A DNA stretch of 64,000 bases, taken from positions 143,224-207,223 of the forward strand of contig JBFOMH010000019.1 of the NCBI GenBank assembly GCA_040830765.1, given 5' to 3'. The position numbers and the translations under genes are program-made. The number at the start of each line of letters is the position of its first letter. Within the stretch, counting starts at the first letter, position 1. Under the pieces are notes generated by a model. The model was not told the origin of the DNA and made no database searches. It worked only from the letters and a program-made list of their open reading frames with translations. Source of the DNA: Puniceicoccaceae bacterium. Lineage in GTDB: Bacteria > Verrucomicrobiota > Verrucomicrobiia > Opitutales > Oceanipulchritudinaceae. Shown in pieces: positions 8,014 through 20,000 of the stretch.

Positions 8014-11000
8014 TCAGTCGAGGGAATCGAATCCGAGGATATCCCCGTCACCCTCAATTGAATTAGAATCCTCCTCAATTACGGGGAAGAGGTTGCTGAA
8101 GCTGCCGAGACGGGAATCCAGTGCGAAAAGTGAGCCGGTGAACGAGGTTACGGAGACGGGCTCCAGGGATGCGGACTGGCGGGCAGCAGCCTCTTCTGCA
8201 GAAATAGTCCTTGCGGCAATCATGAAGGAGGGTTGGGGCTCGGCGATCTGTGGCGTGGCTTCCGACTCAGAACTGATGATCTCGGAATCCGGGGCATAAT
8301 GGGTATAAACGAGGGAAACCGGCGTCGGCCCGTCACCGGTTGGCACCGGCTCAGAGCTGGATTCGTAGGCTGGATCATCGGTTTGGAACATCACCGTATC
8401 ATAGGCAGTATCCCCACTGGCCCCGATAAGGCCGTAACCACCATCAGTAACGACCGCATTAAAGGCATGGCCGAGAACCAGCTGGTCCTTCCACATGACA
8501 CTGACCGTGGAGCCCTTGAAGGTAACCTCAATATCCTGCGCACCGCCCTGCATAATCAAGTCATTCTGGAAGGCCGTATCAATGACAATGCCCTTGCCGG
8601 TGCGGTGTCCAATGACGACCTCACCGGTCTCGGTGTTGACGGTGGCAAACTTGTATTGCTTGGGCCCGTAGTAATCGAAGACGAAACCGCCCTCACCGCC
8701 TGTTGTCAGAGTTCCGGCAAGCCGGATTAATGAGGTGTAATCGACGTCCACGCTCATGAGGTTGATAGCCGCATCGGCAATCGCGGTTCCTGAGTAGCTG
8801 CCGTTAGCCAGCACCCAGGCACCTGTTTCAGGAGCATCGAGCAGGTCGGTGAGGGAGGCATCAAAATTATCTGTCTTGGTCAGGGTCAATTCCGGGGCAA
8901 GACGCTGGACAATGACATTGTCGATGGCCGCCTTGGAATTATCCCCACCCAAGCCAACCATGCCTTCATTAAGGGCGTGGCTGATTCCGTATTGATCGAT
9001 GACGACCGGGAAGGTGTGGGTCAGGGAAGTCCGGTTGTTGACAAGAAGCGTGGCAACCGTGCCATTAACCGAGAGGAGAACATTGTAATTGGTATTGGAC
9101 TTCAGGGAACCGGTGTAAACACCTTGGACATCAACGATCCAACCTTCGGCCGTCCGGTGGCCGATTTCCAGCTTGTTGGTTGAGACATTGATACCGGCAA
9201 ACTTGAAATCGAGCTCGCTCTTGTAGTCAAAGACCACGTAGGCATTACTCTTGTAACCGGAGGTTGGCTTTACCGGGCGAAGGACAGCCCGCATCTCGAA
9301 GTAAGTCGGGACATAATCGTTGACAAGGAAGACACTCAGGGCATCCCCACCGCGGAACTCAGGCTCAACATAGTAACTGCCGCTCTGGACACTCCAGACT
9401 CCACTATCGATGAAGAATCCCTGTGCGCTGTTGCCATCGTTGAAGCCGACTGAGCGGAGGACATCCCGCTTGCCGCCCGGGATATTGCCGGCCTGCGGAT
9501 CATCCGGGGCACCGGTCTGTGCCTTCCACCATGGATCCTGTTGCAGGACAAGGCCCAGCTCGCCGTAGGGCTCACCATTGCGCTCAACCTCGGCGGCGAT
9601 ACCGACATCGCCCGGGCGTGTCGGATCTGCGCCATCGCTTTCGGAGAGGTCATAGAGGTAATCTTGCAGTTGCGGCTGCAAAGTGCGGCTGATAGTGGCA
9701 GCGCCAAACGGTGCGAACGGCACGAGATAGCTGTTGAATTCGCCGACCCAGTCGATGAGGCGGTCGCCACCGGTGTTGCCGATGAGGACATCCCGGCCGG
9801 CTCCGCCGTAGGCGATATCCTGGTAACTATAAGCGGTATCCGGTGTATTGTTGCCAATCGGATCGATGACCTTCTTCACCGGCTGGGCAACACTGTCATG
9901 GTCGTCGTCAGCATTGAGCAAGTCATTACCAAATCCACCATAGACGCGGTCCTGACCGGTACCACCGACAATCCAGTCGTTGCCGAGGTCGCCGAAAATA
10001 CGGTCGTTGCCATCCGTGTAGACAGCGGTAGTCGTTTCATCGATAAATCCATACTGCGGACCTTCGGAGGCATAGAAGTTGCCGAAGAACTGGCCGCCGT
10101 TATCGAGGAAGATCTTCCGCAGCGGGTTGTATTCATCATAGGCGGCGAACTCTTCGGCCTTGCGGGCCTCGAAGCCAAGGACGTTACCGGGGTTGTAGGG
10201 CAGCGTGTAATCGGAACGCATCGGGGTGCCGGTGCGATCGCCATCGGGGTCAGTGTACGAGGTAAATTCCTCGAACCAGCCCATGGTGGTTGGGTCGGAT
10301 TCCAGGCCAGGCATCGCTTCGGTACCGGAAATAAAGTCGTCACCGGCTCCACCGTGGAGGGAGTCGTCACCCAGGCCGCCGAAGATGATGTCATCCGCGT
10401 ATTCCGGATCAAAGTTCGGTGTCTGGTCGTTTTCAATGCCACCACCAATGCTGTCGAGGTAGAACGGTGTCAGGTTGACGGTCTTCTTGAGCTCGTAGCG
10501 CTTGTTGATAACGGCTTGCTGCAGGTTACCCGGAGTGGAAATCGGATCGTCAAACTGGTTGTTTTCGAATCCGGCGATTCCAAAGAGTGGCTCACCGGCG
10601 AGAGTATTGCGACTGGTGTAGATACGACCGTCGTCACCGAGGGCACCGTCATTGCCGGTTCCGCCGGAAATCCAGTCATGGCCCCAGCCACCGATGAGGT
10701 TGTCATCGCCGGCCTCACCATAAAGGACATCGTTGCCGACCATGCCGTAGATTTCATCATCACCGGACTCACCGTGGATTTCGTCCCGGGCACCGTTGTC
10801 ACCGCCATCAGTGTTCTCTTCCGGATTATCCGGAACGAGGTCACGACCGCCAGGCGTGTAGTCAACCAGTTCAACCGCCCGCGGAATGAGCTTCAGGTTG
10901 TTATCGTAGCTAGTAAGGACGTCATCGATTTCGTCATCGCCGGCCCAGTTGGTGTTAAAGGTCTCGTTGTCGTAGTTGAAGCTGAGGTAGCCGAGGAAGG

Positions 11001-14000
11001 TCGCAATGTCGCCATCAGCTATGGAGCCATGGCCATCGACATTGGCAATCTCAACGCCGGAATCGGTCGTTACTCCGACCAGGCGATAGATATTGGCATT
11101 GTCACCGGTAATGGTGTCAGCATCGCGGGCGTGGAGGAGATCGCCGTAGGTATTGCGGGCGAGGTCATTGGCATCGGCGTTATCCGGGCCGCCGGCGCCA
11201 CCGAAGATAATATCGGTGCCATCCGGACGCAGGGCTTCGTCGCCTGCAAGGCCGAACATGGTTGAGCTGCCACCAACGATGTCGTCCTGGCCGAGGTTGC
11301 CGAAGATGACATCCTGGCCGCCATTACCCTCGATGTAGTCGTCACCATCGGTGGTCAGTTCGATGGACGGAGAGACGAGAAGCGGCATCAGGGGATCCCA
11401 GGAGAATGGTGTGGAGGAATCCCAAGTACCGATAACAGAGCGTCCTGCGCCCACGTCTGCGAAGAGGTCGGCCGCCGCCTTTTCAACGATCCAGCCATCA
11501 CCATCAAACTCGTGATCGGCCATCCAGCCGTCGCCCTGGAGACGATCATTGCCGAGCTGGCCGAAGATCATGTCGTTGTCCGGACCGCCGGCGATGTAGT
11601 CATTGCCATGGCTGTTCGGATGGGTCGTATTGGCGTGGTCGTAGAGGACGATGTCGCGGGCATCCTTGCCAGTGCCGCTCGGGTTGGACTGGTGGACACC
11701 GGTGACAAGGGCCGCACCGTCGGTGTAGCCGTTATTGGAGTCACCGTAGATAAATGTACTGTCGAGGACGCGCATCCGCGGGTCGGTGGCATCGCCACGG
11801 CGCAAGATGCTGGCATTGTCACCGGCAATGACATCGACATCGCGCTCACCAATAGATTGACCCGGCAGGTTGGGCTGACCCGGCAGGGCGGAGATGCCAC
11901 TGGCACCACCGGCACGGTCGGAACCACCATCGATGCGGTCGTTGCCGTCCTGGCCGAAGGCAACATTGTGACCGCCAATGAGATCGTCACTGTCATTGCC
12001 ACCGTAGATGACATCGTGGCCTTGGCCACCGATGATGATATCTTCGCCATCTTCACCGAAGATGATGTCATCACCGTTTTCAACATAGGTGGAGTAATCC
12101 GGATTGGTGTCGATTTCCGTGTGGGCGTCGATGTCAACAATCTGGGTATCGATGGAGAAGAAGGTGAACGGATCCTGCAGACCGGTAAGGCCGAAGAAGT
12201 CGAGACCAAGGTAGCTGTCACCACCAATGAGCGGCAGGGCCTGTGCGACAACGCCGCCTGCAATGGCACCGTGGTCGACTGCGTCGAGGCGACCATGGTC
12301 ACCGAAGACAAGGTCATTGCCGGCGCCGGAGCGGATTTCGTCATCACCGGTACCGCCGAAGATAAAGTCATAGCCTGCACCGCTCTGGATTTCGTCGTTA
12401 CCGCCGTTGTTCGGGTCAGTGGTGCGGATGCGGTCAATGTCGGAGGCGTTGGTATCGTCGCCGTGGCCGAATCCGGTATCGGAAAGGTAGCTGCGTTCCG
12501 CGGCGGTGTAGTCGATGAATCCATTGTCACCAAGGATGATATTATCGAGGTCGCGCGGATTGCCGCTGGTCGGATTATACGGATCGTAAGCCGACTCGGT
12601 ATCGCGGTCGTAGTTTTCGCCGAAGTTGGCGATGATGTCGTCCTGCCCAAGGCCACCGAAGATGATGTCGTAGCCAAGACCGGTGGTGATGATGTCGTAG
12701 CCACCGAGGGTTGGGCTGATGGTTGTCAGGAGACCCAAGGTGATCGGCTGGGTACCGAACTGCGGCGCATCTTCACCGGCGGCAACGATTTCCGCATTGT
12801 CACCGAAGACAATGTTGTCGCCCTGGCCGGCATTGATGGTGTCACCTTCCGGATTGTCCTCGCCGGAGACGGACTGGGCAACCTTGACGATGCCTTCAAT
12901 GATGACGTCAGTGACGATTTCGCCGTCTTCACCGCCAATGATAATGTCATCGCCGTCACCCGTGGTAATGGTATCGGAACCACCATGGCTCGGGGCGAGG
13001 GTGAAGATACGGTCGATGTCGAACGGATTTGCATCGTCACCCGGCAGCAATCCAGTGGACGGCGTATTGGTGTCGGCATAGAGGCGGCCCTCGTCATCGG
13101 CGGTCCAGTCGATGTAACCGGAGTCCCCGAGGACGATGTTATTGGCGTCCGCGCCGTTGCTATCGGTGTACTCGCCATCATTGGCAGTGATGATGTCGGC
13201 ATCGATACCACCGATGATGATGTCACGGCCAACACCAGAGGTGATTTCGTCGGAGCCACCGATAAGGGACTCAATGCTTTCGACCAGACCAAGGGTCAAC
13301 TCGATGGAACCGAAGCGGTTCAGGTCGGATGCGGCAGCGGTGATCTGGCCATTGTCACCGAAGATGATATTATCACCATGGCCGGCATTGATGATGTCGC
13401 CAGCGTCGTCTCCGTCACCAGCAGCGACAACGTCGCGGTCAAAGTCAGAGGAGATGACCACTCCGTCACCATCCGGGATGGTCGCATCGATGACGTTTTC
13501 GCCATCCTCACCACCGATGATGATATCGGTACCGTCACCCGTGGTGATAGTGTCACTGCCACCATGGTCCGGATTGGTGCTGAAGATGCGGTCGATGTCG
13601 CTGGCATCCGTATCGTCACCGGGAAGCGTGCCTGCCGGATAGGTTTCACCACCAACGCTGTAGGAACGGACGATGTCGGCATCCTCAATGCCGATGCCGT
13701 CTGCAGCGGTCCAGTCAATATAACCGGAGTCGCCAAGAACCACGTTGTTACCATGGCCGGCATCGATGACATCGCCATCGATACCACCAAAGATAAAGTC
13801 ATCACCGTCACCTGTCGTGATAGAATCGGCGCCACCAATGAGGGAATCGAGCGTCTCAGCAAGTCCGACTGTCATGACAACTTCCAGACCGATTGTACTG
13901 GTGCTGGAGAAGAAGCGGTCGGCATCGGAATCTGCAGCCACCACACGGCCATTGTCACCGAATACGATGTTACGGCCGTTACCGGTAACAACGATGTCAC

Positions 14001-17000
14001 CGTCCTCCTCGTCCTGCTGGACGGAACGGGAAATGCGGACCGGGCTGATCCAACCGGCATTAATCATGAACTCGCCGTCTTCACCGGCAAAGATGATATT
14101 GTCGCCGTTACCCACCAGGATCCAATCGTTGCCCCCGACATCAAGGTCAGTCGATTCAGCAACATCTATATCCGTATTGTCACCGTCATGGATGATGTAG
14201 TCGATACGGCCCATATCGCCAAAGACGATATTGTTGCCTTCTCCACCGTCGATGAAGTCGCCGACGAAGGACTGCCCATCGATATCCAGTTCGGTGCCGT
14301 CGTTGACGCCACCAAAGATGAGGTCATCGCCAAGTCCACCAAAGATGATGTCGTTGCCACCAATCAGCGGATATTGGGTAAAGATTTCATCCGGGTTCCT
14401 GACAGTGCTGTCGAGCTTGTCTCCGGGGCCTCCATTACCGAGGACAACAACCGCCACGACGACCTGGACGCCTGCATCCTCGTCGTTGTAGTAGACGACC
14501 TGCCCGCGGTCACCGAAGATGATGTCGTCCGCATCGCCGCCAACAATCTCATCGGAACCCTGGCCACCGAAGATGATCAACGGGAGCGTCGAGGAATAAG
14601 TACCCCACTCGGCATCGCCGGTACCGGAGGCAAAGACATGGTCGTTATCACTGATATCGAGGTAATCGTTCCACGGGCCCTGGGTGTTGAGGACAAAGAA
14701 GCCGTCAGAGACATCGGCTCCACTGTTGTTGTTTTCGGTAGCGTCGAGGTCGATATAAATCCAGTCGTCGCCAAGGCCAGTGTTGAGGCTGGTGATGGTC
14801 CGGATTCCGGCGCGATAATGAGTGCCGTCGATACGAATGGTATCGGCTCCGAAACCGGTCCAGATAGTGATACCCTCGGCAAAGTCATTGCCCGTTCCCG
14901 TGTCAGCCCAGAAGGTGATATTACCCTCGTAAAGGTCGGCCCAGCCAAAGGCATCATCGCCGCCACCGAGGCCGCGGATGACGATTTCCGCATCCGTGGG
15001 CTCGTCGCCAGACGGCTTGTCCGTGATGACGATATTATCGTTATCCAGCGTACTGGCTTCGCCACTGACCATGAGGAGATGGCTGCCCGTACCGGCATCG
15101 ATATTGAGGTCACCATTGATGAAGTGGAGGTGGCCGGTCAGGAAGTCGATATTGCTGTCTTGGGTTTCGTCAGCGGTTGAGGAAATGTAGATTCGCTCGT
15201 CACCGTCTCCGAGGAAGAGGTTTGTTTCGGCAGTTGTGCCACGGATATTGAGGACATCATCACCGGAACCGAAGCCGATGTTGAGCTCATCGATGAAGTA
15301 GTAGTTAATGCCATCAATCCGGGTCAGGTAGGTTGCAGCATGGGCCTCGACATCATCGTCCGTGCGCTCGTTGGTCGAATCCGGTGTGTCGCTGATGTCG
15401 TCGAGGACATAGAAGCGGGTCGTGAAGACATTTCCGGCGATGTTCTCGATGGTCAGGACGCCGTTCAGGCTGCTGGCGCGGAATTCCGGCAGGCCCCATT
15501 CGTTGATCAGGTCGGCCAGCTTGCGGGCGACCGATGCATGGGTGTCACCGGCTTCGGCGATCACCTTGAAGGTCAGGACGCCCGCTGCGCCAGTCGTTGT
15601 GGAAACGGCATCCAGACTGGTGGCGGTATCCAATGTAACAGTGATGTCCAGGCTGTAGACGCTCTCAAGGGTCACCTGCCAGACTTCACCAGCTTCCGGC
15701 TGACCGGCCGCCTCGATGGTGGTGGTGGCGGAGAAGAGCGTGCCGTCGGTGCGGCTGATGAGGACCACGTATCCTTCAACGGCGACGGAGTAGTCATTAC
15801 CGGTGCCGTTCAGGCCGTTCAGGTCTTCGGCCAGCTCGGCGGCGATGATTTCCAATGTATCATCAGCGAGGACGGTGTAGCTGAAGGTGTGGGAGGTGAT
15901 GCCATCGGTGACGGTAATGCTCCAGACTTCGTCGATTGCCGGTGTGCCCAGCAGGGTGACACTGGATTCCGTCGGCGTGGTGCGGTCAATTTCCACCTTG
16001 CTGAGGTCCGCCTCGGTGCTGCCGTAGTAAACCTCGGTTGAGAAGAGGTCGCCGTTGCGGTGGAAGATGACGAGCTTTCCGCCATCACCGACAGCCGTGA
16101 AGATGTCAGGACCGTTTTCATTGATCTCTTCGGCGAAGGCGGCGGCCAGTCCGGCGTAGGAGGCCGTGTCATCAACTGCCACTGTAAAGGTATGGGTAAT
16201 GCCACGGATGGTGATTGTCAGGGTCCACATCGAGTTGAGATCGAACGGCTTACCACCGGCAATAAAGTCAACCAAAGTGGCACGCGGGATGCGGATATCC
16301 GTGATGCCTTCACCTTCTGTTCCACCCAGGGTGACTTCTGTTACCAGAGCCTCGTATTCATCGGCGCCGGCGGAATTCTCCTCGGTAGTGAGACCGCTGG
16401 CGTCGAGGTCATGGATGGTCAGGTCCCGGTGCTCGCCCTGGAAGGTGATGATGAAGGTGCGCTCACCGACCTTGCGGATGGCGAAGTTGTCCGTGTAGGG
16501 CTTCCAAGTTGTACGGGTGGCAAAGTCAAACTCCGGATCAATGTCGATTGTCGAACCATTCGGGTTGAGGATCGGGCTGATGGCCTTGTAGAGGTCGAGG
16601 GCGGAGGCGTTGTAGTCGATCAGGCCGGTGGTGAAGAGCTCAAATTCGCCGAGCTCGTTTTCGATCCGGAAGGTCAGGGTGAAGGAACCACCGGTTACAT
16701 TCGGATTAATGGTAATGACCTGGATATTGTTGATACCTTCATTGACGGTCGATCCGTCGCGGATAGTGCTGATCTCGACCGCCACGGAGGCGTTTTCATC
16801 CGGCACCAGCCCGGTCGTCTCGGTGTTTTCGGCCCACTGGATTTGCTGCTGGTCAATGCCAGCCATGTCGCCGACGAATGTGATGGTGTAGGTGACACTG
16901 CCGTTAGCGAAGGAGGCAGTGACATCGATATCCTCGGTGGCATAGAGGGCGCGCAGGCGTTCAGCCATTGCTTCAGCAGTGATACCGTAATCGATACGGA

Positions 17001-20000
17001 CTTCCGCCCAGCCTTCGCCACGGACGACATCCCCTGCCTCGAGGCGGGTTTCGAAAATGCCACCCTCGCGATCGATGACAATCAAGCGCTCGCCAACAGC
17101 AATGGCAGTGTAACGGGCATTGGCATCATCGAGTGGATCTCCACTCAGGGTCACGGAGAGTCCTTCACCTTCGTTTATCTGTCTGGCGAACTCGATAACC
17201 AAGTCCACGAGTGATTCCGCCGTAGTGGCATTCGTGGTGATTTCGTAATACAGCTCACCGATGCGCAGGCGCCACAGTTCATCCGTCTGCGGGGTACCGA
17301 CAAAGTCAACCAGTGTGGTTGTGGCGGTCCCACCATCAATGTCGGCGCTGGCCACCGGAGCCAATGAGGTGTAGGCGGTGAGGAAGCGGCCCGTCGTATC
17401 GGCGATAACCAGATTGTCACCGGAGATGGAGGCAATTACACCAACCAGGGCCAGATCGCCCTCGGCGACTGAGAGATTGATGAGGTCGGCAAATCCCTGG
17501 GCAATGTCAGAAGCACTGTCCGCGGCAGTGACCTCGAGGAAGAACTCAAAGTTGTTGCTGCCAACTGAGAGGTGCAGGATCCATGTAGAGCCGGTGACCG
17601 GAGTGCCGGTAATGGTCACCTCGATGGGCTCAAGACCGGTATTGATGATGCCAGCACCTGCCGGACGGAAGGCTGGCAGGACTTCACCGTCGGATGTGAA
17701 GTCGGCACCTGTCCGGTTGACGATGTAAAGGTTAATGCCATTGGCGAGGGCCGTGAAGGTACCCGTGAGGTCGGAGTTGATGACCTCAGCAAGGGCGTCG
17801 ATCAAGTCATCAAAGGCGTCGAAGTCCACAATGGTCTCATCGATTTCGAAGCCGTACTCTACCCCGTCAAGGGTCACAATGAAGGTTTCGCCATTCGTGA
17901 AGTCTCCAGCGGCGGTGAACTTGCTCGTCGGTGCATCGCCAGTGATGGCTCCAGAGCCGGCGATGGTTCCGTCAGGCAGTCCGACTTCAAAGGCGACCTC
18001 AAGGCTGCGTCCGGCCGGGTCGACGATGTAGAGGGTTTCCCCGTCAGCAATGGCGGTGAATCCGGCCTGCGTATCGAGGCTGATCAGGGCAGCCAGGGCG
18101 CCGGTGATAGTTGCCAGGGAATCCTGGTTGCCGGCAATCTTGTAGCCGTAGGCAAAAGCGCTTTCCCCGGAGATTATACGGATGTACCAGGTCTGGTCGA
18201 CAAAGCGGGTGCCGTCGAGGTTGACCACGGCAGCGGACGGAGTCGTGGCGTCGATTTCGACGGTGGCCGTCGGGTAGACTTCGAAGGCAGCCGTAATGCT
18301 GGTCGTACCATCGCGAACGATGACCAGGGAATCACCATCCATGAAGGCAGTGTATTCACCTGTGACACCGGCATTGATCTTGGCAGCGAGGGAAGCTCCT
18401 ATTTCGGCAGCAGTCTCAAGAATGCCATCGACAAGTGCCACTGTGTGGCGGAAGACCGCACCATCAAGAACAACCTCCCATGCCTCGCCTTCAACCGGTG
18501 TGGTCGTCGAGGTGATGATCACTTCTGAGGTTGTATCGTCGTAAACGAGGGAATTGCGCGGGGTAATGCTGCTGGTGTCCATTCCATCATCCGGCATAAA
18601 TGTGCCGGTGAGCGGGACGATGAGGACCGAGCTACCTGCGGCAATAGCTGTAAAGGCAACCTCAACACTGGTAGTCACGGAAACATCAATTGCGGCGGCA
18701 CCAGCCGGGCGGCGGGTTGTAGTGGTGGAGTCGAGGATCGGATCATCCGAGGTCACGAGGAGATCGGCACCATCTGCTTCCACCTTGAATGGCGTTCCAA
18801 TGACGGCGTTGAGGGCGGCGGCAAGACCGTCAGCAACATCAATCATGCTGGCCGTGGTAGCGAGGAAGGAGGCAGTGGCCTCGAAGCCGGCCGAACTCAG
18901 CGTCACGGTCCAGGTTTCATCGATGGCTGGAGTGTCGCCGAAGACAATCCGGATAGTTGTGCGGGACTGGATTTGCGTCGCCAGTTTGTCAGCAATGACC
19001 GCTGTATCCTCAAGGACATAGCTGTAGGACTCGCCACCAACCGTGATGGTCCAGGTCTCGCCAATGGTCGCTGTGCCGTCGAGAGTCACCTCGGTCACTG
19101 CATCAGAGAGCACCGTGATGGCATAGCTACCGGCGGAACCGGCGGATGGCGTAATGGAGAAGGTGGTCACGAACCCGTCTGCGGCCAGTTCTTCAATCTC
19201 GAGGATGACCTCACCACCAACAAGCTTGGCCGAGGCAATAAAGTTACTGCTGCCGACATTGATCCGGTCCGCCAGGCCTTCAGCGATTTCGAGGAGCGGA
19301 ACGTTTTCTCGAACCACGTAATCGTAGGGATCCTCGTTGGAATCGAGGTGGATGGTCCAGGTCTCGCCAGCGGCGGCAGTTCCACCGAAGGAGATTTGCG
19401 TCGACACGATAACGGCCGACACGGTGCCTTCGTTGACAGTGGTCGGGATAGAGTAGACGGCCGAGGAGGCAGAGGTGCCAATAATGACCAATGTGTCACC
19501 ACGGGCAGCGGCTTGGTATTCACCACGGGCGTTAATCAGGTCCGCAATACCAGTCGCCACGTCGGCGAGGCTGTCCTCAGCCATGACGGTGTAGTCGTAG
19601 TTGTACGTACCCAAGGCTGTGTCATCCATAGCGACGCGCCAGACCTCGTTCTCGACCGGCGTACCGGTGAGGATCGCCACGGAACGATCCGCTGCCGTTG
19701 TGGAATCCACACCAAGCGGCGCATCCGGAGCGGCCCGGGAAAGACTGAAGGTGACGAGGAAGGCCTCCGCATGGGAAATGGTCAGGCTTTCGCCAGTTGC
19801 CACAACGGTGAAGCCGTCATCATTATGGACAGCCGTCTCGATTTCGGTAGCAAGGGTGGCCAGGGAAGTGCTGCCGATGGTGAAGTCGTAGCTGTTTACA
19901 GTCGCCCCGCGGGTCAGGACGAGCGTCCAGATATCGTCAATCACTGCCGGGCCGATGATATCGAGTGCGGCCTGGTTGACATTCACTTCAACGTCAAATC

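Noticed and set aside
11790..11805. RGD integrin-binding motif (also near 19500)
   Set aside because: A tripeptide is expected by chance in 18,000 aa of G/D-rich protein.
11512..15180. 1,222 aa plus-strand ORF (also 9541..11265, 18973..21795, 55486..57102 and others)
   Set aside because: These are codon-for-codon antisense to gene 1 and stay open because gene 1 rarely uses TTA/CTA/TCA. The translations are V/I/A/D-rich mirror sequence with no recognisable motifs.
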